Source of the DNA: an uncultured Bacilli bacterium
Lineage (GTDB): Bacteria > Bacillota_I > Bacilli_A > RF39 > UBA660
Direction: 5' to 3'
Length of the DNA stretch: 33,466 bases
Assembly: GCA_947624125.1 (NCBI GenBank)
Contig: CANQIY010000001.1
Span: forward strand, 1-33,466
Below the pieces are notes generated by a model. It was not told the DNA's origin. It ran no database searches and worked only from the letters and a program-made list of their open reading frames with translations. A program made the position numbers and the translations under genes. Positions 32,637 through 33,466 of the stretch are shown here, piece by piece. How positions within the stretch are numbered: the first letter of the stretch is position 1; every line of letters begins with the position of its first letter.

Positions 32637-33466
32637 ATGAAAAAAAATAAAAATAATCATAAAGAAATCGAAAAAGAAGAAGAAAAAAAAGGAAATAAAA
32701 AAACTTTAATAAGAGCAATAATTATGTTAAGCATATTTGTTGCTGGGGCTATAGTTATAGCTTGCGTTTTAGTTAATTATCAAATAAGTAAGAATAATGA
32801 TACTAAGCCATCGGGTGTAAAAATGCAAGAAGAAATTGATAAAAAAATTGATGTTATTCAAAAGAAATTAGATAATAGTTTTAAAGAATATGACGAAGTA
32901 GTTGAATATTTAACAACATGGAGTTATGATGAAGTTTGTACTAATTTATTAAATATGAGTGACATGGGTGATGTAACAATAAGAATATATGTAGGAGAAG
33001 ATGAGTTATTAGGGGATGGTATTGTTACATTTGATAAAGAATTAGCGATTAAAGTTAGATTAAAAAGTTTATATAATTATGAAATTTTAGGCGAAAAGAA
33101 ACAAGAAATTATTGAAAGTGAAAAAGAATACAATATAAATTATCAAGATACAATTTTTCCAGTATTAAGTGGCGTTACCGATAAAACTATTTACGTTGGT
33201 GATAAAATAAATATTTTAAGTGGTATAAGTGCCAATGATGAAAAAGAAGGACCAATTGAAGTTAAATACGAAGGTACAGTTAATACGAATGCTGCCGGTA
33301 GTTATAAAATTACGGTTTATGCCATTGACCATAATGGTAATAGAACTGATGCCGAAATGACAATTACAGTAAAAAAGAAAGCTAGTACTGGTGGTTCCTC
33401 ATCAAGTGGCGGTACAAGTGGTGGTAGTACCGGAGGAAGTACGGGTGGAGGAAGTAATAATGGTTG
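32637..33466 (+). CDS. Partial (5' part) membrane-anchored surface protein with Ig-like (DUF5011-type) domain and Gly/Ser-rich linker; runs off the window
   Basis: An open frame runs from ATG 32637 to the window end; it is absent from the ORF track because it has no stop. It has a Lys-rich N-terminus, a TM (LIRAIIMLSIFVAGAIVIACVLV) and an Ig-like module (PVLSGVTDKTIYVGDKINILSGISANDEKEGPIEVKYEGTVNTNAAGSYKITVYAIDHNGNRTDAEMTITV). This is followed by STGGSSSSGGTSGGSTGGSTGGGSNNG. The SD is weak. Confidence 0.6.
   Translation, partial: MKKNKNNHKEIEKEEEKKGNKKTLIRAIIMLSIFVAGAIVIACVLVNYQISKNNDTKPSGVKMQEEIDKKIDVIQKKLDNSFKEYDEVVEYLTTWSYDEVCTNLLNMSDMGDVTIRIYVGEDELLGDGIVTFDKELAIKVRLKSLYNYEILGEKKQEIIESEKEYNINYQDTIFPVLSGVTDKTIYVGDKINILSGISANDEKEGPIEVKYEGTVNTNAAGSYKITVYAIDHNGNRTDAEMTITVKKKASTGGSSSSGGTSGGSTGGSTGGGSNNG

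Noticed and set aside
1-33466. Possibility that this is a Mollicute using genetic code 4 (TGA = Trp).
   Set aside because: TGA terminates infB (20515-20517) and nusB (30107-30109) at family-appropriate lengths, and Trp is encoded by TGG throughout. Wall-related genes (MltG, LysM, sortase signal) and spore-coat genes also argue against a wall-less Mollicute.
1-33466. Mobile elements, prophage remnants, CRISPR arrays, and tRNA, rRNA or riboswitch elements.
   Set aside because: I found no integrase, transposase or recombinase-like ORFs and no terminal inverted or direct repeats flanking the accessory blocks. There are no regularly spaced repeats. No intergenic gap has the GC-rich stem pattern of a structured RNA gene, and the largest gap is 273 nt and AT-rich.

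Overview
A 33.5-kb, very AT-rich chromosomal segment (G+C judged by eye to be well under 30%; not computed). Every credible gene but one lies on the + strand; the exception is a low-confidence 57-aa candidate on the minus strand. TGA is used as a stop codon (infB, nusB), so this is genetic code 11 and not a code-4 Mollicute.

Gene order closely follows Bacillus subtilis housekeeping blocks, but in compacted form:
- lon, then spoVID-ysxE
- yrzL-ruvX-yrzB-mltG-yrrM-yrrN-yrrO-greA
- tig
- rimP-nusA-ylxR-infB-rbfA-(unknown)-truB
- rpsO, then pnp
- an SPFH protein
- mutS
- nusB-(unknown)-xseA-xseB

The SpoVID-like/YsxE-like pair, MltG, a LysM domain and a sortase-type sorting signal point to a walled, probably spore-forming, reduced low-GC Bacillota lineage (Erysipelotrichia or Bacilli-like gut lineages are a guess).

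I found no CRISPR array, rRNA, tRNA, transposase or integrase.

The non-housekeeping content, and the best places to look for new biology, are:
1. An accessory block at 4.1-10.2 kb. It holds an eight-domain DUF11-repeat wall protein with an NPKTG (class-B-sortase-type) signal, plus a LemA/DUF2207 pair with a poly-Gly tail.
2. A monocistronic orphan surface-protein gene (25765-27048) whose promoter spacer contains a G8 homopolymer, a candidate phase-variation switch.
3. A protein-kinase-like ORF translationally coupled between nusB and xseA, at the position folD holds in B. subtilis.
4. An unknown, possibly GNAT-like ORF translationally coupled between rbfA and truB.
5. A RimP reduced to its N-terminal domain, a hairpin in the nusA-operon leader, and an apparently leaderless mutS with no mutL.

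All family assignments come from motif recognition by eye. No searches were run.
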